Positions 21,061 to 31,258 of a DNA stretch of 62,957 nt are shown here, one piece after another. How positions within the stretch are numbered: position 1 is the stretch's first letter; each line of letters opens with the position of its first letter. The DNA comes from Bacteroidales bacterium (GTDB lineage: Bacteria > Bacteroidota > Bacteroidia > Bacteroidales > UBA4417): positions 1 through 62,957 of the forward strand of contig JBBQUX010000004.1 in NCBI GenBank assembly GCA_038212135.1, written 5' to 3'. The position numbers and the translations under genes are program-made. A model generated the notes under the pieces. It worked only from the letters and a program-made list of their open reading frames with translations, did no database searches and was not told the origin of the DNA.

Positions 21061-21074
21061 CAAATTTCGTGCCA
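21061..21074 (-). promoter_or_regulatory. Sigma54 (-24/-12) promoter for the lipoprotein gene
   Basis: Minus strand TGGCACG-AAAT-TTG, about 95 bp upstream of ATG 20968. Confidence 0.65.
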
Positions 21075-21252
21075 TAAATTGATTTTATTCTTTAAAATAC
21101 GTGAAGCTTTCCTTAGGTGAATGAAAATTGAAATGAACTTCATATGTTAATGAAAAACGAAAAAAAGTTGACATATTAAAACTGAAGCGTACTCAAAGTG
21201 GGCTGTTATTGCCTGGTTTTGCACTAAATTAACCTCCTAAAACAAACAACAC

Positions 21253-21415
21253 TTGAAAAAACTGTTATTCTTACTTGCTGTTGCAGGTCTCATCCCGTTT
21301 GCAGCTTGCAAAATCAGGCGAAACAAAAGTTGAAGGTAATGCTGATAGCACAGCACAGATGGAAGTTTCTGCTGATACTGCCTCCATGGTTTCTGATTCA
21401 CTTGTTCCTCAGTAG
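21253..21415 (+). pseudogene. Small lipoprotein (about 53 aa) with a +1 frameshift just after the lipobox
   Basis: TTG start, MKKLLFLLAVAGLIPFAAC-K. Removing one A from TGCAAAATCA gives SGETKVEGNADSTAQMEVSADTASMVSDSLVPQ*; has its own terminator. Confidence 0.6.
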
Positions 21416-21449
21416 TGTTTCCAGCCTCAACCGGTTAATTTGGTATTTG

Positions 21450-21481
21450 AAAAGGAAACCGGTAGGTTTCCTTTTTTTTTT
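21450..21481 (+). terminator. Intrinsic terminator
   Basis: AAAAGGAAACC-GGTA-GGTTTCCTTTTTTTTT. Confidence 0.8.
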
Positions 21482-21656
21482 GCATTTTCAGTCCTAATTT
21501 ATTATCCATCAGTGGTTCCTGGCTTAAGTATAAATATTTTAAATATTAGCCTGATTATTGTTTGTTAAATTCCATGGCAAATGTACCTTTGTTGCATGTT
21601 TGTGAATTCATTCACAGCTTTACTAAATAGTATAACCGGAATATAATATACAGATT

Positions 21657-22883
21657 ATGGAGTTTCTAACCGACAAATTGGCACTTATAGGTAACAAAGG
21701 AAAAGGAATACGGTCCGATTGTCATGTTACCATGGAGCTTACTGAATCAGGAGGTGTCCAGATGGAATTGATCAGTAAGGTTGAAAGTATGTATGGCGAT
21801 GATATCCGAAAACTTTTGCTCGAAATCCTTGCTTTCTACAACCTTGAAAATGTGACGATTCTTGTTGAGGATACCGGAGCGCTTTCGCCTGTAATAGCTG
21901 CCAGGATGGAGGCAGCAATCAGGCAGTTGACACACTTGGAAGAAGAGTACCTTCTGCCAATGCTGATTAAAAACAGGTATGAAACTGCCCGTGACCGGAA
22001 TCGGTTCTCCCGTCTTTATTTGCCTGGCAATACGCCGGGCCTGATGATAAATGCCGGAATTCATAAACCTGATGGCATCATCCTCGACCTAGAGGATGCA
22101 GTAGCTCCGGGCAAGAAATATGAAGCCCGGTTCCTGGTTCGTAATGCGTTGCGGAATATGGATTTTTACGGTGCTGAGCGAATGGTTCGTATCAATCAGG
22201 TGCCCGCAGGTCTTGCTGATCTTGAATTCCTGGTTCCTCACAATGTAAACCTCATTCTTATTCCAAAATGCGAGAGCGCCGAACAGATCAGGCAGGTGAA
22301 TGAGAAAATCACACAGCTGAAAGTCAAATGCAATGTGAGTGGTAATATCTGGCTTATGCCTATTATCGAAAGTGCTCTTGGCGTTCTGAAATCGCTGGAA
22401 ATAGCACAAAGCGAAAATGTGGTTGCCATGGCTATCGGCCTCGAAGATTATACTGCCGACCTCGGCACACGCCGCACGCAGGAAGGAACGGAATCCTTTT
22501 TCGCGCGAAGCATGGTGGTAAATGCCTGTAAAGCCGCCGGGATTCAGGCCATTGATTCGGTATTCAGCGATGTGGCCGATATGGAAGCACTTAAAGAAAC
22601 CGTTATCCGTTCCAAAGCACTGGGTTTCGATGGAATGGGATGCATTCATCCACGCCAGATCAGGGTGATTCACGAAAATTATGCCCCGGATGCTGCCGAA
22701 ATTGAAAAAGCAAAGAAAATCGTGAACGCATTTTTTGAAGCTACTGCCAAAGGATTGGGCGTTGTTTCTCTAGGGACTAAAATGATTGATCCGCCGGTTG
22801 TAAAACGTGCCCAGAAACTCATTGATCTGGCTGTTACCATGGGCAAGCTTTCATCTGATTGGCGTGAAGAGTATATAAATTAG
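21657..22883 (+). CDS. citE: Citrate lyase ACP-like (CitD) domain fused to citryl-CoA lyase beta subunit (CitE)
   Basis: N-terminal ~90 aa SKVESMYGDDIR...VEDTGAL..VIAARMEAA is CitD-like; then RLYLPGN, DLEDAV, IIESALG, GLEDY, IHPRQI, MIDPPV (CitE). Confidence 0.88.
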   Translation: MEFLTDKLALIGNKGKGIRSDCHVTMELTESGGVQMELISKVESMYGDDIRKLLLEILAFYNLENVTILVEDTGALSPVIAARMEAAIRQLTHLEEEYLLPMLIKNRYETARDRNRFSRLYLPGNTPGLMINAGIHKPDGIILDLEDAVAPGKKYEARFLVRNALRNMDFYGAERMVRINQVPAGLADLEFLVPHNVNLILIPKCESAEQIRQVNEKITQLKVKCNVSGNIWLMPIIESALGVLKSLEIAQSENVVAMAIGLEDYTADLGTRRTQEGTESFFARSMVVNACKAAGIQAIDSVFSDVADMEALKETVIRSKALGFDGMGCIHPRQIRVIHENYAPDAAEIEKAKKIVNAFFEATAKGLGVVSLGTKMIDPPVVKRAQKLIDLAVTMGKLSSDWREEYIN

Positions 22884-22891
22884 AATGCAAA

Positions 22892-23061
22892 GGAGTCAGA
22901 AGCCAGAACACCAAAGCCAAAAGCTAAAGATAGTTGGAAATTTTTCATTTCGATAACTCAATAAACAATAGAATTTTAAAGTTGATAGAATAAAATGGTT
23001 TTGAATTATGAGTAAAAGATAGTGTGCACAGCTTCTGTCTTCCGACTTCCGACTTCTGACC
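22892..23061. repeat. Heptamer-periodic inverted repeat between citE and citF
   Basis: Left GGAGTCAGAAGCCAGAACACCAAAGCCAAAAGC; right GCTTCTGTCTTCCGACTTCCGACTTCTGAC. Confidence 0.55.
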
Positions 23062-23116
23062 GTTTTCAGTTTTACAAAGCAAAAGCTTAATACTTTCAAT
23101 AATTGATCAGAAAGAT

Positions 23117-24679
23117 ATGTCAAAATACGATAAACTTACAACAAACGCAGTTGGTCGCACTGTACCCCAGGTAGTTAACGGCAAGGATGCCACTCCATTT
23201 TTAGGTATTGGGAAATTCAAACCAACCGGTCGCAAACATGCCCCGCCAATCGTTAGCTGTGCCGATTATCCGGAAGATGGAAACAAAGTGGTGCCATCGC
23301 TGAAAGAAGCTTTGGTAAAAGCCGGAATTGCTGATGGCATGACAATTTCCACCCATCATCATTTTCGTAACGGCGATCTGGTCGGTAACCAGATTTTCGA
23401 TGCTGCCGCTGAACTTGGTATCAAAAATCTTACCTGGATGCCATCAGCCGCTTTCGAGTGCCATTCGCCTATGATAAAATACCTCGAAAATGGTGTGATT
23501 CACCATATCGAAGGAAGCATGAACGGCGCTTTGGGCCGCTTTACTTCCGAAGGAAATATGGCAGGTCTCGGAGTTCTCCGTTCGCATGGCGGTCGCTACC
23601 AGGCTATTCAGGACGGTGATGTGCATATTGATATTGCCGTTATCGCAGCTCCGACAGCCGACTGTTTCGGAAATGCAACCGGCGACCGTGGTCCTGCTGC
23701 CTGCGGTTTACTGGGTTTTGCCCTTGCCGATTCGCAATATGCTGACAGGGTTATTGTTGTAACCGACAACCTGGTGCCATTTCCATGTGTGCCCTGGCAG
23801 ATTCAAGGTAACTACGTTGATTTTGTGGTGGTTATGGATAAAGTAGGAATTCCTGAAAAAATCATTTCAGGTACAACCGAAATTACCAAAAGTCCCGACA
23901 GGCTGCTTCTTGCCGAAATGACAGCCCAGTTCTGCAAGGAAACAGGAATTGTACACGATGGATTTTCGTTCCAGGCTGGTGCAGGTGGTACTGCCTTATC
24001 CATAGGTATTTATTTCGCTGAGATGCTGCGGAAACAAGGTATGAAAGCCCGCTTTGCCCGTGGTGGAAGCAACAAGTACCTTGTAAAAATGCTTGAAGAC
24101 GGTTTAGTAGATTATATCCTCGATGGACAAACTTTCGACCTGGAAGGTGTGCGTTCGATGCGGGAAAATCCGGGCCACCTGAATACGAGTCCTTTTACAA
24201 GCTATAACTACCACGGAAAAGGAAATTTCGCTCAGTTTGTTGATGTGGTTATTCTCGGAGCAACTGAGGTTGATATCAATTTCAATGCAAACGTTGTAAC
24301 TCATTCCGACGGATATCTTTTGCACGGAATAGGCGGCTGGATGAATTGCCTGCTATCGAAGTGCGTGATCTTGCCTATTCCTTTGTTCCGCGACCGTATG
24401 CCCGTAATTCGCGATGAGGTAACCACCATTTGCGGCCCCGGCGAATTGATTGATGTAATTGTTACCGAGCGTGGTATCGCAATTAACCCTTTGCGACCTG
24501 ACCTGATCGAAAAAATGAAAGGCAGTTCACTGCCAATAAAAACCATTCACGAGCTGAAAGCTGAAGCTGAAAAAATTTGCGGTAAACCCCGCAAACCCCG
24601 ACTTACTGACGAAGTGGTTGCAGTAATAAAATGGATTGACGGAACCGTAATTGACTCTGTTTTCAGGATTGATAAATAA
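23117..24679 (+). CDS. citF: Citrate lyase alpha subunit (citrate CoA-transferase)
   Basis: GMTISTHHHFRNGD, LRSHGGR, FSFQAGAGG, LGATEVDINFNANV, VTERGIAINP, DGTVID. Confidence 0.93.
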   Translation: MSKYDKLTTNAVGRTVPQVVNGKDATPFLGIGKFKPTGRKHAPPIVSCADYPEDGNKVVPSLKEALVKAGIADGMTISTHHHFRNGDLVGNQIFDAAAELGIKNLTWMPSAAFECHSPMIKYLENGVIHHIEGSMNGALGRFTSEGNMAGLGVLRSHGGRYQAIQDGDVHIDIAVIAAPTADCFGNATGDRGPAACGLLGFALADSQYADRVIVVTDNLVPFPCVPWQIQGNYVDFVVVMDKVGIPEKIISGTTEITKSPDRLLLAEMTAQFCKETGIVHDGFSFQAGAGGTALSIGIYFAEMLRKQGMKARFARGGSNKYLVKMLEDGLVDYILDGQTFDLEGVRSMRENPGHLNTSPFTSYNYHGKGNFAQFVDVVILGATEVDINFNANVVTHSDGYLLHGIGGWMNCLLSKCVILPIPLFRDRMPVIRDEVTTICGPGELIDVIVTERGIAINPLRPDLIEKMKGSSLPIKTIHELKAEAEKICGKPRKPRLTDEVVAVIKWIDGTVIDSVFRIDK

Positions 24680-24700
24680 GGAATAAGCTAATTTTTAAAT

Positions 24701-24739
24701 CCTCAGTCATTAATTTATTGACTGGGGGTTTTTATTTTT
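24701..24739 (+). terminator. Intrinsic terminator after citF
   Basis: CCTCAGTCA/TGACTGGGG stem followed by T-run. Confidence 0.7.
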
Positions 24740-25253
24740 CGGGAATTTTGAAGCCTATTGGCTCTCTGAGCAATGGTTTCTCTTGTTTTTCAATCAGTTC
24801 ATCAAGATAACTGAAAACGAGTTCAATATTTTTATCCTGATTCTCTGTTTTTTTTCTGATGGCTAAACTTAAATTCTCAATCAGCATTTCCCTTACTTTT
24901 GTAAATATCCTCTTAATCTGTATGTTAACCAGAATAGCTCTGTCGCTGTTTTAAACTCCGGATAACATAGCAACGCCTTGTTCAGTAAATGCAAAAGGTA
25001 AACTTCGGGTGTTACCCCATCTTGATGTTCTAAATTGGAATTTCAGGTTTTCGAATTCAGGGTTTGAAAACCGGAACATAAAATCATCAGGAAATCGCTT
25101 TAGATTTCTTTTTACAGCTTTGTTTAAGTTTCCGGTTGAAGCTCCATAAAGTGATGCAATACCTTTGTCAAGCATACCCTTTTTCTCCCTTATGAGAAAT
25201 ATTTTACTTATTAAAAAATCGTCAGGCAGGACTGATGGAGTATCTTTTATCAT
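24740..25253 (-). pseudogene. ORF6N (KilA-N-like) DNA-binding protein, interrupted by a nonsense codon
   Basis: LNKAVKRNLKRFPDDFMF, PFAFTEQGVAMLSGV, then TAA (24951-24953), then in frame NSDRAILVNIQIxRIF... The 3' end is approximate. Confidence 0.8.
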
Positions 25254-25549
25254 AGATCAACCAGTATGATTATACGAAAATATAAATTTTATCTTCCATT
25301 TAAAGGTAAAGGAATCAAATTTTGATAAAAGGATTCTGATAGTAAATTTTATTAAACCAAAATTAGCGATTCAAATTTATCGTAATCCTCAGATATTAAT
25401 CGAATTCGAAATATTTATTTGATTTCTATTTACATTCTGCATTTTTATTCATTAATTTTATAGGTAATATCACAAATGCCGTTTCTATTCTTCAGTTTTC
25501 TTTACATTTCTAATAATCAGATTCATACAACATTTAATTTTCCTGAATT

Positions 25550-28500
25550 ATGCTCAAACACCTGATCCTTTTCGCATTGCTAGGCGTTGCCCTGGCATCG
25601 TGCAGTGATTTTAATGCTCTCAAAGTTAAGAAAACCAATTTTGAGGACGAAGTTTTGCGTTCCCAGAACCTCGTTTTTACCTTCAACAAGGAACTTATTA
25701 GTGATTCAAGACTGATAAATATATGGGATTCAACTCAGTATATAAAGTTCGAGCCTCCAATTCCGGGCAAATTCATGTGGACCGACAAGGCTGAGCTTAC
25801 TTTCTCTCCTTATGGTGCAATGCTTCCGGCATCTGCTTACAAAGCTACACTCAATAAGGAACTTGTAAAAAACAGTAAGGAAAAGTTCAGCATTGATGAT
25901 AAACCGCTGTTGTTTCACACGCCTTTTCTCCAAATATTAAGTATCAACAGTTTCTGGTCGCTGAGCGAGGAAATCACCAGCCAGGTTGAAGTCCGCTGCC
26001 AGATTTCGTTTAATAATCCTGTTTCACCATCGAAATTGAAGTCTCTGTTGAAGCTTCAGGTTTCAGGAAAGGAAATGTCATTCCGGATTATTACTCAAAA
26101 TGATGCCGAAACTATAGAAGTTGCATTTGCCTATGATCCGCAAGTTGCCGATAATGAGGCAAAAGGCGAGGTGATTATACAAAAAGGCTTGTTTTGTGCC
26201 GGCGGAAATACCTCAACCACGGAGCCTGTTAAAAGCGGATTCCTGATTCCTTCAAAGGATAAACTGACGATTACTGCTATTGAATCAGGTTTCGATAACG
26301 GCAAAGGATATATTGATGTTTTAACTTCACAACCTGTATTAGCCGTTGGCCTTTCCTGTTTTATCTCTACAATTCCTGCGCTGGATATTCAGGCTGAATT
26401 ATTATCGAATGGTTTTAGGGTGAAGGGTGAATTCCTTGGTTCGCAATCATACACGCTTAACGTAAAGAAAGGTGTGAAAAGTCTTTTAGGCCGCGAACTG
26501 GAGGAAGATTATACCACTGTGGTTTCTTTTGCTGACCCTGTGCCATATATTTCGTTCACCGAGCATAATGCCATATACCTTTCCACAAAGGGTGAGCGCA
26601 ACCTGGGTGTGAACATTATAAATGTGCCGAAAGTGAAAGTTTCTGTTTTCAAGATTTTTGAAAACAATATACAGCACTACATGCGGCAGGGGAAAAACTG
26701 GGATTATGATTACGAAGACGATCAATATTACGACTATAATACCTGGTCGTTCGACGAAAACTTTGGCAAACCGGTGATGACGAAAGAGATACAGACCCGT
26801 TCGTTGCAGAAGAACGGAAACATTTCGTTATTGAATCTTGATCTGAATGAACTTAATTTTAATGAAACGTATAAAGGCCTTTACCTTGTAAGAGTGGAAG
26901 CGACCGATCGGAAATACATACAGGATGCCCAGTTGCTTTCGCTTTCCGACGTGGGAATGATTGTAAAAGAAGGTTCTTCGGATGTTATGGTTTTTGTTAA
27001 TTCCCTGCGCGATGCAACACCTGTAAAAGGCGCTAAGCTTGATTTTATTAGTTCCAACAACCAGAAAGTTTATTCTGCAGTTTCTGATAACAATGGGGTT
27101 GCGGTTTTTAAAAATGTAAAGCAGGTTGCAGCCGGATTCCGGCTCAGTATGATTACCGCGAGGAGCGAAAACGATTTCAATTTTGTGCTTTTCGACCGGA
27201 CGCGGGTCGAAACTTCACGCTTCGATGTGGGTGGCAAGCGCACCGATAACGTGAATTACGATGTGTTTATCTACGGCGACCGCGATCTATACCGCCCCGG
27301 CGACACGGCGCATATCAATACTATAGTCCGCACTCCGCGCTGGGATGTTGTTAAGAATATTCCGATCAAAATCAAACTTCTCGCTCCTAACGGACGTGAG
27401 TATCTGAACCAGCGCCACCAGCTGAATGCATCAGGTGCTGCTGAAACCATGTTCTATATTCCGCGCCAGGCCATGACCGGTTCGTATGTTATTGAAGTGT
27501 ATGCCGCTAATGATGTGTTGCTTGCTTCGCGAAGGATTTCGGTTGAAGAATTTGTTCCTGACCGCATAAAAGTTACTTCCAAAACCAATAAAGCAGTTTA
27601 TCTGCCAGCCGAAGCAATCAACCTCGATATTACTGCTGAAAATCTTTACGGCACACCCGCAGGCGGAAGGCGTTTCGAGACCGAACTTCGTTTACGACGT
27701 AAGCAGCTTACTTCTAAAGCATTGCCTGAATACAATTTCAATATTGAATCGAAAAATATGCCTATTCTGGCATCCATTATGCAGCAGGGGACCACGGATG
27801 CGCAGGGCAAGGCCTCAGCAACACTGCATTCAGCAGCCTATAAGGATATCGGATTGCTCGAAGGTAAAATTTTTACCACCGTTTTTGACGAAACCGGTCG
27901 GCCGGTTAACCGGCTGAATGTGGTTGAAATTCCTACCCAGCAGGTTTATTTTGGGATACACTATTTCGATACCTGGCTATCAACCCGCAAACCACTGAAC
28001 CTGCAGTTTGCTGCTGTAGACCGCACTGGTAAAGTGCTTCCTGCTGCACAAGCCAGGATAGTGATACTGAATTACAAATACGAAACGGTTGTCGAACATG
28101 ACTATGGCCGTTATAATTACATTTCGCAAAAGAAGGAAAAAGTTGTTTTTAGCCGCGAAATGAATATTAAAGGTTCAGGCTCGGTTTTGCCGTTTATCCC
28201 GACAGAATCTGGCGAATACGAGGTCCGTATTATGGCTACGGGAAGCGACAATTATGTTTCGATGACATTTTGGGCATATGGCTGGGGCGATACCGATTAC
28301 TCGTCCTTTGAAGTGAGCCGCGAAGGAGAAGTAACTATAACTTCGGATAAAAATAACTACGCTCCGGGCGATAAAGCCAAGTTGCTGTTCAAAGCACCTT
28401 TCGACGGACAGTTGCTGGTTGCCGTTGAACAAGATAACGTGCTGAGCTATAAAATGCTGAGCCTATCAAATAAATCAGCCAGCATGGATATTACGATTAC

Positions 28501-30955
28501 AAACGAACATTTACCGAATATTTATATCGATGCCACCGCTTTCCGTAAATCGGGGGATATGTCGATTCCGATTACGGTTGCTCATGGCATTGTGTCACTC
28601 AAGGTGGACGATGCCTCGGCAAAAATGAATGTTGCCATTTCGGCTCCCGATAAGTCAGGATCAGGAATCAAACAGACTTTCAAAGTGAAAACTGCGGCGG
28701 ATGCCGAAGTAACCATTGCCGTGGTTGATGAAGGAATTCTTCAGATTACCGATTATAAAACTCCGGATCCATTCAGCTGGTTTTACCAGAAACGTGCACT
28801 TGGTGTAAATTCCTACGATGTTTATGCTCTGTTGTATCCTGAATTGAAGCGGTCGTCGAGTCCTGCGGGAGGCGAAGCGTTTGACCTTTCGCGACGGATA
28901 AACCCGCTTACCGGCGATCGTGTTAAGCTCATTTCGAAATGGAGCGGTATACTGAAAGCCAATTCGTCGGGGGAGTGTAATTTTACCATTGATATTCCTC
29001 AATTCTCAGGTGCGCTCAGGGTGATGGCTGTGGCTTATAAAGGAAGACAGTTTGGCTCAGCCGAAAAAACAATGAAAGTATCTGATCCCGTGGTTATATC
29101 CATGTCGCTGCCACGATTCGTTAGCCCGGGCGACAATTGTGTTGTGGCTGTCTCCATGACCAATACCACCGAAAAAGGAAGCAATGCAACCATACAGTTA
29201 AGTGCCACCGGACCGGTTAGCGTTGCGGGTAAAAGTTCTGCGTCGGCTAACCTGAAAGCTGGAGCCGAAGAGGTTGCCTTGTTTGCCATAAATGCGGATA
29301 AAGGCGTTGGCGCTGCCACCATAACGGTAACCGTTAGTGCGCTAGGGCAGAAGTTTACCCAACAGATCGATATTCCTGTTCGGCCTGCGGGAGGTCTTAC
29401 CTTCGTTACCGGTAATGGATCGGTGGCGGCAGGTTCAACCAAAACATTCAAAGTTGTATCCGATCTTTATACGAAAGGTTTAAAATCTGCTATCATGCTG
29501 AGCAAATCACCGGCCGTGGAATTTTCGAAGAACCTCGATTACCTGGTGAGGTATCCCTATGGATGTCTTGAGCAGACCGTTTCGGCTGCATTTCCGCAGT
29601 TATATCTTACTGACATCACGAAATTATTCCCGAAAGTTTCGGGCCGTAATTTTAACGAAGGCGGATCGCCAGGTTATAATGTGCAGCAGGCAATTCTGAA
29701 AATTGAATCAATGCAGTTATACAATGGAGGGTTGTCGCTATGGCCGCAGGGTGGAAGCACCGACTGGTGGGCTACGGCATACGCTGCTCATTTCCTTATC
29801 GAGTCGAAAGCTGCTGGTTTCGAAGTAAATAAAAAGGTATTGGAAGGAACGCTTAAATTCCTGGTTCAGAAAGTGAAAGAGCGCGAAATGGAAACCTATT
29901 TCTATATGGAGAATGGTGCAATGAAATCGCGGAATGTTCCCCGCCGGGAAATTCTTTACTCGGTTTATGTGCTGGCTTTGGCCGATATGGCTCCCGTTTC
30001 GACCATGAATTATTACAAATCGCTTTCCTCCACTTTATCGTCCGAAGGGCGTTACCTGCTGGCATCCGCCTTCATGCTTGCCGGCGATGTAAAAAGTTTC
30101 AGGAGCGTACTTCCCAATGTTTTCGGGAACGAAAAAGTGAGAACTGAGTTTGGAGGTTCGTACGCTTCGTACCTGCGCGACAGGTCACTAGCGCTCAATG
30201 CTTTGCTCGAGGCTGATCCGGATAATCCGCAGGTAAATGAATTGCTAAAAAGCATTTCGGTTGAAATGAAAAATGCACGATACGGTTCAACCCAGGAAAC
30301 CGCTTTCGCCTTGCTGGCCATAGGTAAACATGCCCGAAAAGCAAAGCTGTCGGATATTACAGCACAGATTTCGGTTGATGGGAAAGCAGTTGGCTCGTAT
30401 AATAATAAGGATATGCAGCTGCCTGCGGAAATTAATAACAAGTCGGTTTCCATCACGGCCAAAGGGAAAGGTACGTTGTATTATTATTATGAATTGTCGG
30501 GTGTTAAACTAACGCCTGCCATAGCAGATGAGGACAACTACCTGAAAGTGCGCCGCCGTTTCCTCGATCGCAACGGAAATGCGCTCAATACCAATATTTT
30601 TAGCCAGAACGACCTTGTAGTTGTTGAAATTACTGCGCAAACCCAATCCGGCATGAACGTGGAGAATGTGGCTATTACTGATATTCTGCCCGCCTGTTTC
30701 GAAATTGAAAATTCGCGCCTTGTGGCTGAGCGCGAAATGTCATTTATGAAAAACCGCACAACCCCTGAGTATACCGATATCCGCGACGACCGCATAAGTT
30801 TCTTTACCACCCTGGATGGAAATATTAGGACTTTCTACTATACAGTGCGGGTGGTAAGCAAAGGAACGTTTGTGATCGGCGCCGTTTCGGCTGATGCCAT
30901 GTATAATGGTGAGTACCATTCGTATTCGGGAAGCGGGAAGGTGGTTGTAAAATAG
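25550..30955 (+). CDS. Bacterial alpha-2-macroglobulin (MG2 family) lipoprotein
   Basis: Lipobox LASC; DRDLYRPGD, EEFVPDR, AVVDEGIL, thioester motif YPYGCLEQ, STQE, D-L-PACFEIEN, RDDR; 1801 aa. Confidence 0.93.
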   Translation: MLKHLILFALLGVALASCSDFNALKVKKTNFEDEVLRSQNLVFTFNKELISDSRLINIWDSTQYIKFEPPIPGKFMWTDKAELTFSPYGAMLPASAYKATLNKELVKNSKEKFSIDDKPLLFHTPFLQILSINSFWSLSEEITSQVEVRCQISFNNPVSPSKLKSLLKLQVSGKEMSFRIITQNDAETIEVAFAYDPQVADNEAKGEVIIQKGLFCAGGNTSTTEPVKSGFLIPSKDKLTITAIESGFDNGKGYIDVLTSQPVLAVGLSCFISTIPALDIQAELLSNGFRVKGEFLGSQSYTLNVKKGVKSLLGRELEEDYTTVVSFADPVPYISFTEHNAIYLSTKGERNLGVNIINVPKVKVSVFKIFENNIQHYMRQGKNWDYDYEDDQYYDYNTWSFDENFGKPVMTKEIQTRSLQKNGNISLLNLDLNELNFNETYKGLYLVRVEATDRKYIQDAQLLSLSDVGMIVKEGSSDVMVFVNSLRDATPVKGAKLDFISSNNQKVYSAVSDNNGVAVFKNVKQVAAGFRLSMITARSENDFNFVLFDRTRVETSRFDVGGKRTDNVNYDVFIYGDRDLYRPGDTAHINTIVRTPRWDVVKNIPIKIKLLAPNGREYLNQRHQLNASGAAETMFYIPRQAMTGSYVIEVYAANDVLLASRRISVEEFVPDRIKVTSKTNKAVYLPAEAINLDITAENLYGTPAGGRRFETELRLRRKQLTSKALPEYNFNIESKNMPILASIMQQGTTDAQGKASATLHSAAYKDIGLLEGKIFTTVFDETGRPVNRLNVVEIPTQQVYFGIHYFDTWLSTRKPLNLQFAAVDRTGKVLPAAQARIVILNYKYETVVEHDYGRYNYISQKKEKVVFSREMNIKGSGSVLPFIPTESGEYEVRIMATGSDNYVSMTFWAYGWGDTDYSSFEVSREGEVTITSDKNNYAPGDKAKLLFKAPFDGQLLVAVEQDNVLSYKMLSLSNKSASMDITITNEHLPNIYIDATAFRKSGDMSIPITVAHGIVSLKVDDASAKMNVAISAPDKSGSGIKQTFKVKTAADAEVTIAVVDEGILQITDYKTPDPFSWFYQKRALGVNSYDVYALLYPELKRSSSPAGGEAFDLSRRINPLTGDRVKLISKWSGILKANSSGECNFTIDIPQFSGALRVMAVAYKGRQFGSAEKTMKVSDPVVISMSLPRFVSPGDNCVVAVSMTNTTEKGSNATIQLSATGPVSVAGKSSASANLKAGAEEVALFAINADKGVGAATITVTVSALGQKFTQQIDIPVRPAGGLTFVTGNGSVAAGSTKTFKVVSDLYTKGLKSAIMLSKSPAVEFSKNLDYLVRYPYGCLEQTVSAAFPQLYLTDITKLFPKVSGRNFNEGGSPGYNVQQAILKIESMQLYNGGLSLWPQGGSTDWWATAYAAHFLIESKAAGFEVNKKVLEGTLKFLVQKVKEREMETYFYMENGAMKSRNVPRREILYSVYVLALADMAPVSTMNYYKSLSSTLSSEGRYLLASAFMLAGDVKSFRSVLPNVFGNEKVRTEFGGSYASYLRDRSLALNALLEADPDNPQVNELLKSISVEMKNARYGSTQETAFALLAIGKHARKAKLSDITAQISVDGKAVGSYNNKDMQLPAEINNKSVSITAKGKGTLYYYYELSGVKLTPAIADEDNYLKVRRRFLDRNGNALNTNIFSQNDLVVVEITAQTQSGMNVENVAITDILPACFEIENSRLVAEREMSFMKNRTTPEYTDIRDDRISFFTTLDGNIRTFYYTVRVVSKGTFVIGAVSADAMYNGEYHSYSGSGKVVVK

Positions 30956-31131
30956 GGTAGGTTAAGTGTGCATTACAAGTCGTTGTTAGTAATTAACTCT
31001 TATTGTGAATTGAATAGAGGTTAATTCACTGAAAAGGGGAGGTAATTTTGTTTCGCTTTACGATTAATTGTTTTGAGCAATTCTAAACTACTAAACAATT
31101 ATTTACCAAATATTTAGCTTCAAATCTAAGG

Positions 31132-31162
31132 AGGTTTCACTCGTAGTGAAACCTTTTTTTTT
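31132..31162 (+). terminator. Intrinsic terminator after the A2M gene
   Basis: AGGTTTCACT-CGT-AGTGAAACCT followed by a long T-run. Confidence 0.8.
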
Positions 31163-31203
31163 GTATTCTTCCGGTGGATTTCAACTGAAGAAAAGTTTAT
31201 AAA

Positions 31204-31240
31204 TTTGTCGAGGTACTTAAATAAGTACGTATATTTGTAC
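31204..31240 (+). promoter_or_regulatory. yefM-yoeB promoter with palindromic operator
   Basis: TTTG (31204-31207) ... TATATTTG (31230-31237) with palindrome GTACTTAAATAAGTAC (31213-31228) between them. Confidence 0.6.
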
Positions 31241-31258
31241 TTGAAAATAATCTTTGTT

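Noticed and set aside
21306-21497. 63-aa ORF
   Set aside because: Wrong frame over the frameshifted lipoprotein and runs through its terminator.
24951-24953. Programmed stop-codon readthrough or recoding
   Set aside because: The stop is TAA at a Leu position in a decaying gene; no Sec/Pyl context.
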